A DNA stretch of 64,000 nucleotides from Spirochaetia bacterium (GCA_963677925.2 CAXXYH010000003.1:704001-768000); one strand, 5' to 3'; shown: positions 8,673 to 19,042, counted from the stretch's first letter. The notes: a model not told the origin generated them from the letters alone. Made by a program: numbers and translations.

Positions 8673-9959
8673 GTGATGACGATTATCATCATCAGTCTAA
8701 TTGCAATTGTTGCTGTAATTGCATTAGGAGCTAAAACTAAAACTAATATAGGTCTGTGGGCTATAGCTGCAGCCTATATTATCGGAGTCTTTGTCCTTGG
8801 CGAATCACCACGAGGTTTAGTGGGAGTATTTCCAACAAGACTATTTCTGCTGCTTTTTTCTGTTACACTTTTCTACAGCTTTGCCGTACTTAACGGAACA
8901 CTAGGAAAAGTCGCGGATAAGGTCGTTTATGCTGTCCGGAACATGCCATGGGCAATTCCCATTGTACTGTTCATACTGTCATTTATTATGGCTGCGATAG
9001 GAGCCGGAGACGGTGCTACCGTTATGATGATTCCTATCGGTCTGTCCATAGCTAAAGTTACCGGAATGAATAATATTCTTGCCGCGGTATCCTGTGTATC
9101 AGGTATCAGTGCAGGAGGTTTTTCACCGATAAGTACCGCAGGTATCTTCCTCAGGGAGATGGCCATGACTGCAGGCGGACATTCGATTGACGAAGTAAAC
9201 AGTTATGGAAACCATGCGTTTTTCCAGATTACACTTCTTTTCACAATTATATTTATTGCTGCTTATATCCTCTTCAAGGGATATAAAATTGAAGCACCGG
9301 TTCTTGAAAAACCTGAACCCTTCGAACCGAAACAGAAGGCAAACCTTGCTGTTATTATCGGCTTTGTTCTAGTTCTGGTTGCGGCACCGCTTGTTGGACT
9401 TATTTTCCCGAACAGCCCTGCTGCTGCAAAAATAGCCCGCGGTGTATACCTGGTCTGGATTGCCTTCATCGGTACAGTAGTTCTCTCTGTACTGAAAGTC
9501 GGTGATGAAAAAGCAGCTTTTAAACGTGTCCCTCTTTCCGCACTTACAACACTCTGCGGTATGGGAACACTTATCGGAATAGTCAGCAAAACCGGAGCCA
9601 TTGAGATGGTATCGACATGGCTCGGAGAAAGTGTTCCGGTTGCAATCGTACCGATTATGCTTGCACTTATTGCCGGAGTAATGAGTCTTTTTGTAAGCGG
9701 ATTCGTAGTTAACACTACTTTCTTTGCCCTGGTTCCTGCTCTGGCAATAGCCGGCGGATTTGTACCGGGTATCGGCTATGCAGCTGTAGCAGTCGGAGCA
9801 ATGGCTACTGCAGTCTCTCCGTTCTCAGGTTCAGGCGGTCTTGTAGTCGCAAGCGTTGACGATGACGGTCACAGAAAAACAATTTTCAATTTCCTGCTTG
9901 GCTGGCCGTTTATAAACCTTGCACTCTATTTAATTATGGTTGCTATAGGTATCTATTAG
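8673..9959 (+). CDS. SLC13/DASS-like (MatC-type) di/tricarboxylate carrier
   Basis: About 12 TM segments; 'NIGLWAIAAAYIIG', 'FPTRLF', 'NGTL', 'GGFSPISTAG' and 'SPFSGSGG' repeats typical of MatC_N/CitMHS carriers. Confidence 0.75.
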   Translation: MMTIIIISLIAIVAVIALGAKTKTNIGLWAIAAAYIIGVFVLGESPRGLVGVFPTRLFLLLFSVTLFYSFAVLNGTLGKVADKVVYAVRNMPWAIPIVLFILSFIMAAIGAGDGATVMMIPIGLSIAKVTGMNNILAAVSCVSGISAGGFSPISTAGIFLREMAMTAGGHSIDEVNSYGNHAFFQITLLFTIIFIAAYILFKGYKIEAPVLEKPEPFEPKQKANLAVIIGFVLVLVAAPLVGLIFPNSPAAAKIARGVYLVWIAFIGTVVLSVLKVGDEKAAFKRVPLSALTTLCGMGTLIGIVSKTGAIEMVSTWLGESVPVAIVPIMLALIAGVMSLFVSGFVVNTTFFALVPALAIAGGFVPGIGYAAVAVGAMATAVSPFSGSGGLVVASVDDDGHRKTIFNFLLGWPFINLALYLIMVAIGIY

Positions 9960-9980
9960 CATCGTCCTAATAATTCCTTT

Positions 9981-11681
9981 TCATTTTGCTCCGGCTGAAG
10001 TTTCAGCTAAAGCCGGAGCCCTTTTTTTTGTATTAAGTGAATTCATTTTTTTACTGAAACTGTTAAGCTGACTGACATTTTCCTGTCCAATTTCAGAGAC
10101 TCTTACAGCCTGGGCTTCTGCATCAGTGAACATTCTTTTTATATCAGATATTGTTTCAGCTACGGTTTCTGCTTTGCTTACTATCTCATCGAGCTTCTCT
10201 GTATTCTGTGCATTTATATTCTCAAGGTTTTTCATAGCTTCATCTGCAAGAGCTGATTTATCAACTATTCCTTCAATTTCCGACAGAATAGCACCAGTCC
10301 CCTGAGACATCTCATCTATACCTGCAGAAGCCTCCCTGAACATCGATGAAACCTTTCGTATTTCTTCTGTAATTAAATGAAATGTCTGCCCTACTCTCTG
10401 ACTGGCTTCAGTAGTTCTGCTGACTGCAGATATACTTTCTGATAGACGTTCAGAAATATTCCTTGAATTTTTAGCTGTTTCTTCCGCCAGTTTTCTTATT
10501 TCATCTGCAACAACAGCAAAACCTTTACCTGATTCACCTGCATGGGCTGCTTCAATTGCAGCATTCATTGCCAGCAAATTTGTCCGTTCAGCAATGCTCA
10601 TAATAATCTGGACCATCTCAAGCATGTCAGAGGAACTCTTGTCGATACTGTTAATCAACTCGACAGAATCATCCATTTCAGATTCACCCGACATCGAGGA
10701 TTTAACCAGGGCCTCCACAGCCTTCATCTGCGAGGCCGTATTTGATGAAATTGAATTAATGTTGGCAATCAGCTGTTCTACGGAAGAGGATGTAGTCTGT
10801 ACCGTCAGATTGTATTTTTCCAGGGTTGAATTGAGAAACTCTACTGATTCAACAGATTTTTTATTGGCTCCTGACATTTCAAATATGCTTGTTTCCAATT
10901 CTTCAACAGAGTCTTTTATCCGGTTTAAATCTAATGAAACCCTGCTGATCGTATCAATAGATGTATCTGATGAACTCCTCAGCTCCTCGCCTATTCCGGT
11001 GAAAATTTCAAATGTTTCATGGACACCCGTATTAAACTCGGCAAAATGTTTCTGAACTTCTGCCTTTGAATCTTCCGCATCTTTCACAAGAGTTTTAAGC
11101 AGCCGCAGTATCATAACTGCTGTAAAGCCTGAGCCGATAACAATTATATAACAGGTAACAAGATTCTGAACATCCAGGATACCGACCTGCCCCTTCTGCG
11201 AGGGAAGAACATCAATAAAGTAAATTGCAGCTATTGCTCCACAGTTTAATATAGTTGCAGCAACAGGCTGGAATATAGAATATCCAACAAGACAGGTAAT
11301 AATCAGAAAAAACAACCCAAGTGCTGAAATTACGTAGGTTTCATATACATCTACATATGCATCAAACTTGATTGTTGCAAAAATTATAAAAAAGAATACT
11401 GTCAGAAATAAATTTACGGCAATTTTAAAATTTCCTTTTTTAATCAGTAAAAGAAAAAATAAGCAGCAGACAGCCAGAACTGAAGTCATAACCATAGCAA
11501 CAACCGCTCCGGTTAAAGCCATTGCAAGTGTCAGCAACAGAGAAAGTATAATAAAAAGAAAATTGATAACTACAAGAATCGAAGCTTTTTTCTGAACTTC
11601 GAGCGGACGTTCTGAATAACATTTTAAGAAATATGCACTTGTTCTACTCATATTTAAATTTATATTGATTTTAATTGACAT
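9981..11681 (-). CDS. Methyl-accepting chemotaxis protein with multi-TM sensor
   Basis: '[38 protein letters not shown]' signalling hairpin; about 6 N-terminal TM helices. Confidence 0.93.
   Translation of the reverse strand: MSIKININLNMSRTSAYFLKCYSERPLEVQKKASILVVINFLFIILSLLLTLAMALTGAVVAMVMTSVLAVCCLFFLLLIKKGNFKIAVNLFLTVFFFIIFATIKFDAYVDVYETYVISALGLFFLIITCLVGYSIFQPVAATILNCGAIAAIYFIDVLPSQKGQVGILDVQNLVTCYIIVIGSGFTAVMILRLLKTLVKDAEDSKAEVQKHFAEFNTGVHETFEIFTGIGEELRSSSDTSIDTISRVSLDLNRIKDSVEELETSIFEMSGANKKSVESVEFLNSTLEKYNLTVQTTSSSVEQLIANINSISSNTASQMKAVEALVKSSMSGESEMDDSVELINSIDKSSSDMLEMVQIIMSIAERTNLLAMNAAIEAAHAGESGKGFAVVADEIRKLAEETAKNSRNISERLSESISAVSRTTEASQRVGQTFHLITEEIRKVSSMFREASAGIDEMSQGTGAILSEIEGIVDKSALADEAMKNLENINAQNTEKLDEIVSKAETVAETISDIKRMFTDAEAQAVRVSEIGQENVSQLNSFSKKMNSLNTKKRAPALAETSAGAK
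9988..10029 (+). terminator. Rho-independent terminator of the GRE operon, lying inside the 3' end of the convergent MCP gene
   Basis: GCTCCGGCT...AGCCGGAGC stem followed by T8. Confidence 0.7.
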
Positions 11682-11691
11682 GTCCAGCTGT

Positions 11692-12465
11692 TTATTTATT
11701 AATTATATTTTCAAACCTTTTAACACTGATGGGATGATAGCTAAGGATTTTCCCGTCATGAATAATTCCGAATGAACCGAAGGGACTCGGAGATTCCTGA
11801 ACCTGTTCATGTGAACTGAGTTCTATCAGCTGAGAATTTAGCCTTTTTTCTTCAGCAGCTTTTATTATGGCGTCAACATTCTTAACCGTGTACGGGCATT
11901 GGGCTGATCTGAAAATATAAAGCCCCATCGAAAACTTTTCCGGGAAGATTTTCCGGAATTCCGGATTTGGATATGCATCATCAAATTTATTAACAAGCAG
12001 TTCAAAATCAGGCTTAGATGAATCTGATACTTTAAAATTGTTATTTATAAAAATGCCGCTGTCAGCCATGAAAGATCCCCTGCGGGCAACAACTGCAACG
12101 CCTTTATATCCGGAATTACGGCTTTCTTTTATACATTCTTCAATCAGCAGTGAGGCATAACCTCTGCCTTTGTATTCTTTTCTAAATCCCACAAAGAGAC
12201 AGTGTATAAACATGTAGCCTTCAGCTTTCACCGGTCTGTGTGCATATTCTCCGGGAATATATTCTATCATTCCCTGATATCCGCCCTCTGGATGTATCAG
12301 TGCTTTTATCCGGAGCCCCTTCGGGTAGTATTTTTTTACCCAGTCGATTTTCCGCCTCAGTTCAAGATGCTTTTGCACATCCTTATATCCGCAGACACCG
12401 TACTCTGCTATGTTATCCGGTGTAAGATCAATTATCTTAATATCATCTGATACGGCTTTTGACAT
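11692..12465 (-). CDS. GNAT acetyltransferase with YoaP-like C-terminal domain
   Basis: '[14 protein letters not shown]', '[14 protein letters not shown]', 'QCPYT', 'SPSPF'. Probable ATG at 12465. Confidence 0.82.
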   Translation of the reverse strand: MSKAVSDDIKIIDLTPDNIAEYGVCGYKDVQKHLELRRKIDWVKKYYPKGLRIKALIHPEGGYQGMIEYIPGEYAHRPVKAEGYMFIHCLFVGFRKEYKGRGYASLLIEECIKESRNSGYKGVAVVARRGSFMADSGIFINNNFKVSDSSKPDFELLVNKFDDAYPNPEFRKIFPEKFSMGLYIFRSAQCPYTVKNVDAIIKAAEEKRLNSQLIELSSHEQVQESPSPFGSFGIIHDGKILSYHPISVKRFENIINK

Positions 12466-12535
12466 TTTTCTACCCTCTGAAACTATAATACTTCCCTGCT
12501 GCATTTTCTGCTTTGCAATCTTTGCGAAATTTAAT

Positions 12536-12555
12536 TACGACATACTGCTGTCGTA
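12536..12555. promoter_or_regulatory. Palindromic operator upstream of the GyrI-like/Zn-ribbon genes; candidate WYL-regulator site
   Basis: TACGACA-N6-TGTCGTA with perfect 7-bp arms. Confidence 0.6.
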
Positions 12556-12601
12556 TACAGGGTGCAATAATGAATTATCGTTAAAACAAAGGAGTTCCAT
12601 T

Positions 12602-13054
12602 ATGAAGATAATTCAGAAGGAAGAACAGCCGACTATGGCTGTAAAAGGAATCACAACAATGCAGGAGATACCTGCCTTTCTTGCAAAAGCATATGGAGAG
12701 ATAGCCGAATATGCTCAAAATCTTGATATTCAGTTCACAGGTGCGCCCTACGCAATGTATTTCAACATGGATATGGATAATCTGGAAATTGAAGCCGGCT
12801 TTCCAGTTTCAGGAACTTTCGAAAAAAGAGGTAATGTAAATTCCGGACATCTTCCCGGAGGAAAGATGCTGATTGAAACGCATAAGGGCACATACGCAAA
12901 TCTTAGTGAAACATACGACAAAATTAGCGAATATGCGAAAGATAAGGGTATAGTTTTTGAAACAGCCATGTATGAACAGTACCTGAATTCACCCGAGGAT
13001 ACAAAGCCTGAAGACCTTATCACAGAAATTTATTTTTATATTAAGGAAGAATAA
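12602..13054 (+). CDS. GyrI-like small-molecule-binding domain protein
   Basis: 'GAPYAMY...EAGFPV...HKGTYANL..TY...YEQYLNSP...LITEI'. AGGAG RBS before ATG 12602. Confidence 0.88.
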   Translation: MKIIQKEEQPTMAVKGITTMQEIPAFLAKAYGEIAEYAQNLDIQFTGAPYAMYFNMDMDNLEIEAGFPVSGTFEKRGNVNSGHLPGGKMLIETHKGTYANLSETYDKISEYAKDKGIVFETAMYEQYLNSPEDTKPEDLITEIYFYIKEE

Positions 13055-13057
13055 CAG

Positions 13058-13321
13058 ATGAATGAAGTAAAATACAAAAATTGTCAGAGCTGCGGTATGC
13101 CTATGAAACAGGACCCGAAAGGCGGGGGAACCGAACCAGACGGGTCTCTGAATAATAAATACTGCAGTTACTGCTATGAAAACGGAGCCTTTGTTCAGCC
13201 AGAGATGACAATGGCTGAAATGAAATCGCTGGTCAGAGAACAGCTTAAAAAAATGAAGATGCCCGGCTTCATAGCTTCATTTTTTGCTGCCGGAATTCCC
13301 AAACTGGAACGCTGGCAGTAA
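13058..13321 (+). CDS. Zinc-ribbon domain protein (Zn_ribbon_2 type)
   Basis: 'CQSCGMP...GGTE.DGS...YCSYCYENG', ending 'LERW'. Confidence 0.85.
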   Translation: MNEVKYKNCQSCGMPMKQDPKGGGTEPDGSLNNKYCSYCYENGAFVQPEMTMAEMKSLVREQLKKMKMPGFIASFFAAGIPKLERWQ

Positions 13322-13332
13322 TACTAATTTTA

Positions 13333-14772
13333 TCAGGCTTCAGCCCTCAATTCCGGCTGAAGCTGTATATTTTTATAATCATCCTTTTCAGTTTCCATAT
13401 CAGCTTTTCTTTCCTCATCAGCCCTGCCGAGCTTCTTTAATTCTACAATAAGCAGGATATAGGTAAGTACTGATGATAAGGTGTCTGCAACAGGGAAAGT
13501 TCCCCATACACCATCAAGCCCTATTATAAGCGGAAGTATAATAAGAACAGGCAGAAACAGCAGCAGCTGTCTTGAAAGACCGAGAAGCATTGACTGCTTC
13601 GCTTTTCCTACGGCCTGAAAATAGCTGATTCCGATAAACTGCACCGCCACCAGTGGAATTGATACCATTACTATTCTGAGCACTCTTGCACTGGATTCAA
13701 TTATCGCAGTGTCTGATGTAAAAAGACCCATACAAGCCTGGGGAAAAATCATGGCAATACTGTAGCCTACCATCGTAACTGACAATCCGGTAATTATTGC
13801 AGTCTTAAGGCTTTGCTTAACCCTGTCATAATTCTTTGCACCGATATTGTAGCCTGCAATCGGCTGAAAGCCCTGTGCAATCCCGATTATAGGCATAATC
13901 AGCACAGACATAAACCGGTTTGACATTCCGTAGTTTACTATGGCTTCTTCTCCGCCGTAATGCCCAAGCGAATTGTTAACAATCAGAACAAGCAGACTCA
14001 TCCCTGCATTCTGAATAAAGGGCGGAATACCGAGAATGACACTTTCTTTCAGAATTTTTGTATCAATTCTAAAATATTCAGGTCTAATCTTTACTGTATT
14101 TTTTTTCCTTACATAGATACTTATGAAATACAAGGCGGAAACCATCTGACTTATGGAAGTGGCAATAGCAGCACCCATAACGCCGAGGTCAAAACCGAAT
14201 ATAAACAGGGGGTCAAGCATACAGTTAAGGACTGCCCCCACCATCATTCCTATCATTGCGCCTTTTGAGTTTCCTTCCGCTCTTGCCATTGTACTTGCAA
14301 AGGATGAAAAAGCAAAAAAGAAAAATCCGATTGAAACCCATTTTGTATATTCCGATGTAAGCGGCATAAGCACATCTGTAGTTCCGAAAAATCCAAGTAT
14401 AGGCCTCATAAAAATAACAAGTGTTGCAGTAAGAATAAATGTTCCTGCAAGCATGGAAGTGTATCCGGTTCCTACTGCTTTCGATGCATCATCAAACCGT
14501 TTTTCTCCAAGTCTTCTTGATACAATGGAGGCTGTACCTATTCCCAGAGCCATTGCTATCGAGGCAACAATCATCTGAATTGGAAAAACCAGAGATAGTG
14601 CTCCTATTGCGAGCGACCCTACCCCTCTTCCAACGAAAATAGTATCAACAATGTTATATAACGCCTGTACAAGCATTCCAGCTGCAGCAGGTGCGGCCAT
14701 CTTTATTAAAAGAGGGAATATCTTCTCTTTTCCCAGAAATTCTGATTTATCTGTATTATTCATATCTTTCAT
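13333..14772 (-). CDS. MATE family efflux transporter (MepA-like)
   Basis: 'LYNIVDTIFVG', 'LDPLFIF', 'QGFQPIAGYNIGAK'; 12 TM. Confidence 0.92.
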   Translation of the reverse strand: MKDMNNTDKSEFLGKEKIFPLLIKMAAPAAAGMLVQALYNIVDTIFVGRGVGSLAIGALSLVFPIQMIVASIAMALGIGTASIVSRRLGEKRFDDASKAVGTGYTSMLAGTFILTATLVIFMRPILGFFGTTDVLMPLTSEYTKWVSIGFFFFAFSSFASTMARAEGNSKGAMIGMMVGAVLNCMLDPLFIFGFDLGVMGAAIATSISQMVSALYFISIYVRKKNTVKIRPEYFRIDTKILKESVILGIPPFIQNAGMSLLVLIVNNSLGHYGGEEAIVNYGMSNRFMSVLIMPIIGIAQGFQPIAGYNIGAKNYDRVKQSLKTAIITGLSVTMVGYSIAMIFPQACMGLFTSDTAIIESSARVLRIVMVSIPLVAVQFIGISYFQAVGKAKQSMLLGLSRQLLLFLPVLIILPLIIGLDGVWGTFPVADTLSSVLTYILLIVELKKLGRADEERKADMETEKDDYKNIQLQPELRAEA

Positions 14773-14806
14773 ACATTTAATAATTTATAGAAATCATATG
14801 ACAAAA

Positions 14807-14822
14807 GCAAGTACTTACTTGC
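14807..14822. promoter_or_regulatory. Candidate TetR operator between the divergent MATE and TetR genes
   Basis: Perfect inverted repeat GCAAGTA-CT-TACTTGC. Confidence 0.65.
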
Positions 14823-14872
14823 ACTTTTAACACTTTTCTGATTATTATATATTTAATACTAAGAGGAGAAAG

Positions 14873-15460
14873 ATGAGCATAGATACAAAAGATAAAATTC
14901 TTGCCGCATCTGTAAAACTTTTTGCAGATAAGGGTTATGCTGCTGTACGAACACGGGAGATAGCAGAATCTGCCGGAGTCAATGAGGTAACCCTCTTCAG
15001 GTGTTTTGGTAATAAAAAGAGTATTTATCATGAGACTTTCAGAAAATATATTGTAAGACCTACTCCTGAATATCTTCTTCAGGATGTAACAGATGATATT
15101 GAGAAGGATCTTATACTTATCTGCAATGCAATTGTAAATCTTTTTAAAAAGAACAGCAGACTTATCCAGATGAGTTTTAAGGAAATTATTGCCTTTGAGG
15201 AAATTGAAAAAGAACTCAAGAACCAGCCGGAGCAGATGATAGAAATAGTAAAAAACTATATTGAAAGCCACTCGAATCAGCTGACTGATGATACCGATGC
15301 TGTACGAAGTTCAAGACATTTTGTCAATATAATATCCGGAGCAACCTTCCATTATATGCATCATACCGAACTTAAAGATCCATACACTCTTGATGAGTGC
15401 ATGAATCGTTTTGTGAAAGATTTTACCCGCGGTATTTTAAAGCGTCCCGCAGGCTGCTGA
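14873..15460 (+). CDS. TetR/AcrR family regulator
   Basis: 'KILAASVKLFADKGYAAVRTREIAESAGVNEVTLFRCFGNK'. Confidence 0.92.
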   Translation: MSIDTKDKILAASVKLFADKGYAAVRTREIAESAGVNEVTLFRCFGNKKSIYHETFRKYIVRPTPEYLLQDVTDDIEKDLILICNAIVNLFKKNSRLIQMSFKEIIAFEEIEKELKNQPEQMIEIVKNYIESHSNQLTDDTDAVRSSRHFVNIISGATFHYMHHTELKDPYTLDECMNRFVKDFTRGILKRPAGC

Positions 15461-16744
15461 ATAAATTCTGATTACATCGGCAATTCTATCATGTATCAGG
15501 GCTTCAGCTTCGGGCTGTATCCATCCGTCCTGGACAGAGTAAAACTGCGAAGGCATAAACTGGCTTAATAGTGACAGAGGAATCTGTCTGCCTGACAGAT
15601 TATTCATTAGCCTGGAGATTGAATCCTTAATTGCTGAATCGGGCCAGTAATATCTTACCCGATCGCTGAAACTGTACTTCCTTTTTTGTTCAATCTCTTC
15701 CTCGGTTCCGGAATAGTATGATTTCCAGTATTTGGGATTGCTAATCATGACATTTTCAATTGTATCCTTAAGCTCTGATAACTGACATCCTGATTTGCCG
15801 CACAGTTCCCTTTCAATCAATTCAAGTGCAAATACAGCCTCTCTGTATGCAAAGGTAACCCATGGTCCGACTTTCAGTATGCAGAAATGATCCTCAACAA
15901 GGTGTTTTAAACCTTCACCGGTCTGATAGTCAGTGGAGTGAGCTTCAAAAACAATCGGGAGACCGTTTCCCGCAAGAGAAGACAGACCGGAGGCCATGTT
16001 CCTGTTGTAATGAAAAACCTGATCATCACCGAACTCAACTCCAGGCTGAACAACAAGGCCGCAGACTCTTTCCCATGCGTTTGACAAGCCTCTCTTTTCA
16101 AATGCTCTTCTTGTTACTTCATATGTTCGAACGGCATCCTCTGAGGATGTTGGAGTTACCAGATCTTCCTTTTCCCTGCTTCCGCCCGGTATTGGAACTT
16201 CTGTACCGATAATATATGAGAGCTGATGGGGATTACCCATTTCAGTAATGGTTTTCTCTGCTACACTGCATAAATCTGCAGCTCTTTCGGCTACTATCTC
16301 ATCAGCAAGCGGTTTATGCCTGTCTCCTTCATCATCAGCGCAGTACATACTCGCATCAAGATGAATCTTCTGATATCCGGCTTTAACATAACAAGCAATA
16401 AGCTCTCTGGCGTTTGCCATCGCATCCGCGGCCTTAAGGGATTGCCACGCATTAGGTCCCAGATGATCTCCCCCAAACAGAATACGTTCACCGGGATAAC
16501 CTGTCTCACCGGCAATTTTTTTAACATAGGATATAAAATCAGCAGGTTTCATTCCGGTGTAACCTCCGAACTGATCGACCTGATTACTTGTCGATTCAAT
16601 AAGCAGCATAGAACCATCGCTCATTGACTGCTTCATTGCCGCCTTTATAACCTCTGAATGAGCACTGCATAGCGAATATATCCCTTTGGAGTCCCCTTTC
16701 ATGTTGGATCTGAGGATACTATTAAATTCTTCAATTGCCGACAT
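15437..16744 (-). CDS. kbaZ: GatZ/KbaZ family protein (tagatose-6-phosphate 4-epimerase / aldolase accessory subunit)
   Basis: 'SLCSAH', 'ESTSNQVDQFGGYTGM', 'GGDHLGPN', 'IGTEVPIPGG', 'VVQPGVEF', 'FEAHSTDYQ', 'SDRVRYYW'. Confidence 0.9.
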   Translation of the reverse strand: MSAIEEFNSILRSNMKGDSKGIYSLCSAHSEVIKAAMKQSMSDGSMLLIESTSNQVDQFGGYTGMKPADFISYVKKIAGETGYPGERILFGGDHLGPNAWQSLKAADAMANARELIACYVKAGYQKIHLDASMYCADDEGDRHKPLADEIVAERAADLCSVAEKTITEMGNPHQLSYIIGTEVPIPGGSREKEDLVTPTSSEDAVRTYEVTRRAFEKRGLSNAWERVCGLVVQPGVEFGDDQVFHYNRNMASGLSSLAGNGLPIVFEAHSTDYQTGEGLKHLVEDHFCILKVGPWVTFAYREAVFALELIERELCGKSGCQLSELKDTIENVMISNPKYWKSYYSGTEEEIEQKRKYSFSDRVRYYWPDSAIKDSISRLMNNLSGRQIPLSLLSQFMPSQFYSVQDGWIQPEAEALIHDRIADVIRIYSAACGTL

Positions 16745-16765
16745 AAGCTGCTCCTTAAAATTATC

Positions 16766-16791
16766 AATATGGTTAATCGATTAACCATATT
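16766..16791. promoter_or_regulatory. LacI-family-type operator upstream of kbaZ
   Basis: Perfect 26-bp palindrome AATATGGTTAATCGATTAACCATATT with central CG. Confidence 0.75.
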
Positions 16792-16860
16792 ATGTCTTCA
16801 AAAAAACAAAATCAAGTGCCTGATATAGATAGTATAGGATAAAATAAGTATAATTCAGAT

Positions 16861-17484
16861 ATGAATACGCTCTATTTTATCCGTCATGCAGAAAGTGAAG
16901 CCAATAAAGCCAGAATCATGGCCAGTCAGCTGGCGTACCCCCTGACAGAAGAAGGCAGGAAGGAAGCCGCTCTTATAGCCGAAGAATTGAAGGAGATTGC
17001 TGATATAGATCATATAATTTCATCTCCGCTGATAAGGGCTGTACAGACTGCTGAGCCGTTCAGCAGTATTTTCGGTACTTCTATTAATCTTGATGAGAGA
17101 ATAACCGAACAGCACCTCGGCAGATTTTCCGGTATGAGCTATGACCAGGTAAAACTTGAATCCGATTATATCCAGGATCAGCTGAAAAGATGGGAATGGG
17201 AACCGGCCGGCGGCGGCGAGTCATATAAAATGATTGCAGACAGAGTAGATGCTTTTTTTAGTGATTTACAGGAGAAATATAAAGACAAAAATATTCTTAT
17301 AGTAACTCATGCCGTAACCATGAGATTGATAATTGCAACACTTAAAAATATTCTGCCGGACTACCCCAAAGATTTTCCGAATAACGGTGAGATAATTAAA
17401 GTAGTTTTCGATGGTCCCGGCAAAAAATACAGTCTTGAATCAATTTTTCTCGGGAATTCAGATAAGTTTACACATAATGCCTGA
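16861..17484 (+). CDS. Histidine phosphatase (phosphoglycerate mutase) family protein
   Basis: 'YFIRHAES', 'SSPLIRAVQTA', 'GGES', 'VTHA'. Confidence 0.9.
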   Translation: MNTLYFIRHAESEANKARIMASQLAYPLTEEGRKEAALIAEELKEIADIDHIISSPLIRAVQTAEPFSSIFGTSINLDERITEQHLGRFSGMSYDQVKLESDYIQDQLKRWEWEPAGGGESYKMIADRVDAFFSDLQEKYKDKNILIVTHAVTMRLIIATLKNILPDYPKDFPNNGEIIKVVFDGPGKKYSLESIFLGNSDKFTHNA

Positions 17485-18352
17485 GCGATCTCAGATGCCC
17501 GATTAGCTCGGAGGCCAGTACTCCTCCCAGAATAAGCAGGGCTCCCATGGATTCAGAAAATGACAGTGTCTCATGCAGGATAATCCATCCAAAAATTATG
17601 GAAAATACAGGTTCTAAAGAATAAAGAAGGCAGGCTTTCAGCGGTGTGATATCGCCCTGATAACGGTTCATCAGATAGATAGCCAGAATACTGCCGGGAA
17701 GTGCGAGATAGGCTATAGAAATATACAGATTCAGACCGGGATTCACGAAGGGCTCTTCCAGCAACAAAGAGAGCACAAATGAAAGAAGTGCTGAAATTAG
17801 AAACTGAAATCCTGTTAAAACAACAGGGTTCTCTTCATCAGAATATCTGTCAATAAACAGAATAAAAAAGGCGTATCCCGCTGCACCGGCCATGGTAAGA
17901 AAGTCACCAATATTAAGCGAGGAATTTCCGGGTCTGGTAAAAACCACCATACCGGAAACTACAATCACCAGACCAAGTATATTTTCAGCATTCAGCTTTT
18001 TACCTGTAAAGAAAAACTGAAGCGGCGGAACAACAAGAGCAAAAAGATATGTGAACAGACTTGATTTAGCCACGGTTGTATAAGACAGTCCGATTGTCTG
18101 CATGGCGTAACCGCAGAAGAAAAACAGGGACAGAATAAAAGCTCTGAATACAGTCTGTCTGCTTAACCTGTAAAAATGCTTTCGAAATATCAGAAAATAT
18201 GGAATAAAGGCAGCACCGAACCTTAAGCCAAGAAACATAAGCGGAGAGGCATCGTTCAATCCATTTTTGATAACGACAAAGGTACCGCCCCAGATAACAG
18301 TAGTAAAAATGATTAATATTTCAGCACGGGTATTTTTTTTTATTGCAGTCAT
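17468..18352 (-). CDS. DMT/EamA family transporter
   Basis: 'IWGGTFVVIK', 'LRF', 'QTIGL.YT', 'LEPVF'; 10 TM. Confidence 0.9.
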   Translation of the reverse strand: MTAIKKNTRAEILIIFTTVIWGGTFVVIKNGLNDASPLMFLGLRFGAAFIPYFLIFRKHFYRLSRQTVFRAFILSLFFFCGYAMQTIGLSYTTVAKSSLFTYLFALVVPPLQFFFTGKKLNAENILGLVIVVSGMVVFTRPGNSSLNIGDFLTMAGAAGYAFFILFIDRYSDEENPVVLTGFQFLISALLSFVLSLLLEEPFVNPGLNLYISIAYLALPGSILAIYLMNRYQGDITPLKACLLYSLEPVFSIIFGWIILHETLSFSESMGALLILGGVLASELIGHLRSLRHYV

Positions 18353-19042
18353 TCAGTACCGGCATTCACCAAGAATATACTCAACAAGATGATAACTTCT
18401 TTCTGAAGCTGACTTAAGAAACTTATTATAGTTTTCGGGAGCCTTTCCATCAGCATTATCAGAAACAACCCTTATAAGTAAAAAGGGGGTCTTGTTTATT
18501 GCAGCAGTTATCGCAGAAGCAGCACCTTCCATTTCAACCAGATCTCCCTCAAGCTCATTCTTAAGATAGGCATATTCAGGCCGGTCTGAACCTGTAATAA
18601 ACTGATCTCCGGTCAGAACCCTCCCGGATTTAACAGATTCATCACTGAAGCCTAAAGCTGTATTAAAAAGATGTGTGTCCGCTTCAACTATACGTATTCC
18701 GGAATACGGGATCTCGCCTCGTGAAAAACCGAACATGGTGGCATCAAGATCATGCTGAATGCAGTCACGGGCGGCTACAATATCACCAAGGAGAATTTCC
18801 GGGTTTATAGAGCCTGCTATACCGCTCATGATTATGGCTGAAGGGGAATATTCATCACAAAGCCTCTGGGTTATCAGTGCAGTCAGAACCTTCCCTACTC
18901 CGCATCTGACCGCTACGACCTCTTTTCCGCCCAGCCGTCCCTGAATAAACTCGTATCCATTCCAGTTTTCTATTTGTCTGTTCTGAATGGAATTCCTAAT
19001 CATCCTGAGTTCTGGATCCATTGCTGCAATAATAGCTATCAA
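18353..19042 (-). CDS. mtnN: 5'-methylthioadenosine/S-adenosylhomocysteine nucleosidase
   Basis: 'IAIIAAMDPE', 'GVGKV', 'SGIAGS', 'TGDQFI', 'VEMEGAA', 'IRVVSDNADG'. Confidence 0.9.
   Translation of the reverse strand: MIAIIAAMDPELRMIRNSIQNRQIENWNGYEFIQGRLGGKEVVAVRCGVGKVLTALITQRLCDEYSPSAIIMSGIAGSINPEILLGDIVAARDCIQHDLDATMFGFSRGEIPYSGIRIVEADTHLFNTALGFSDESVKSGRVLTGDQFITGSDRPEYAYLKNELEGDLVEMEGAASAITAAINKTPFLLIRVVSDNADGKAPENYNKFLKSASERSYHLVEYILGECRY

Noticed and set aside
12410-12601. Long N-terminal extensions in the ORF track (also 59484-59663, 51720-51767, 22219-22293)
   Set aside because: They run through promoter DNA or overlap divergent genes; downstream ATGs match the family N-termini.
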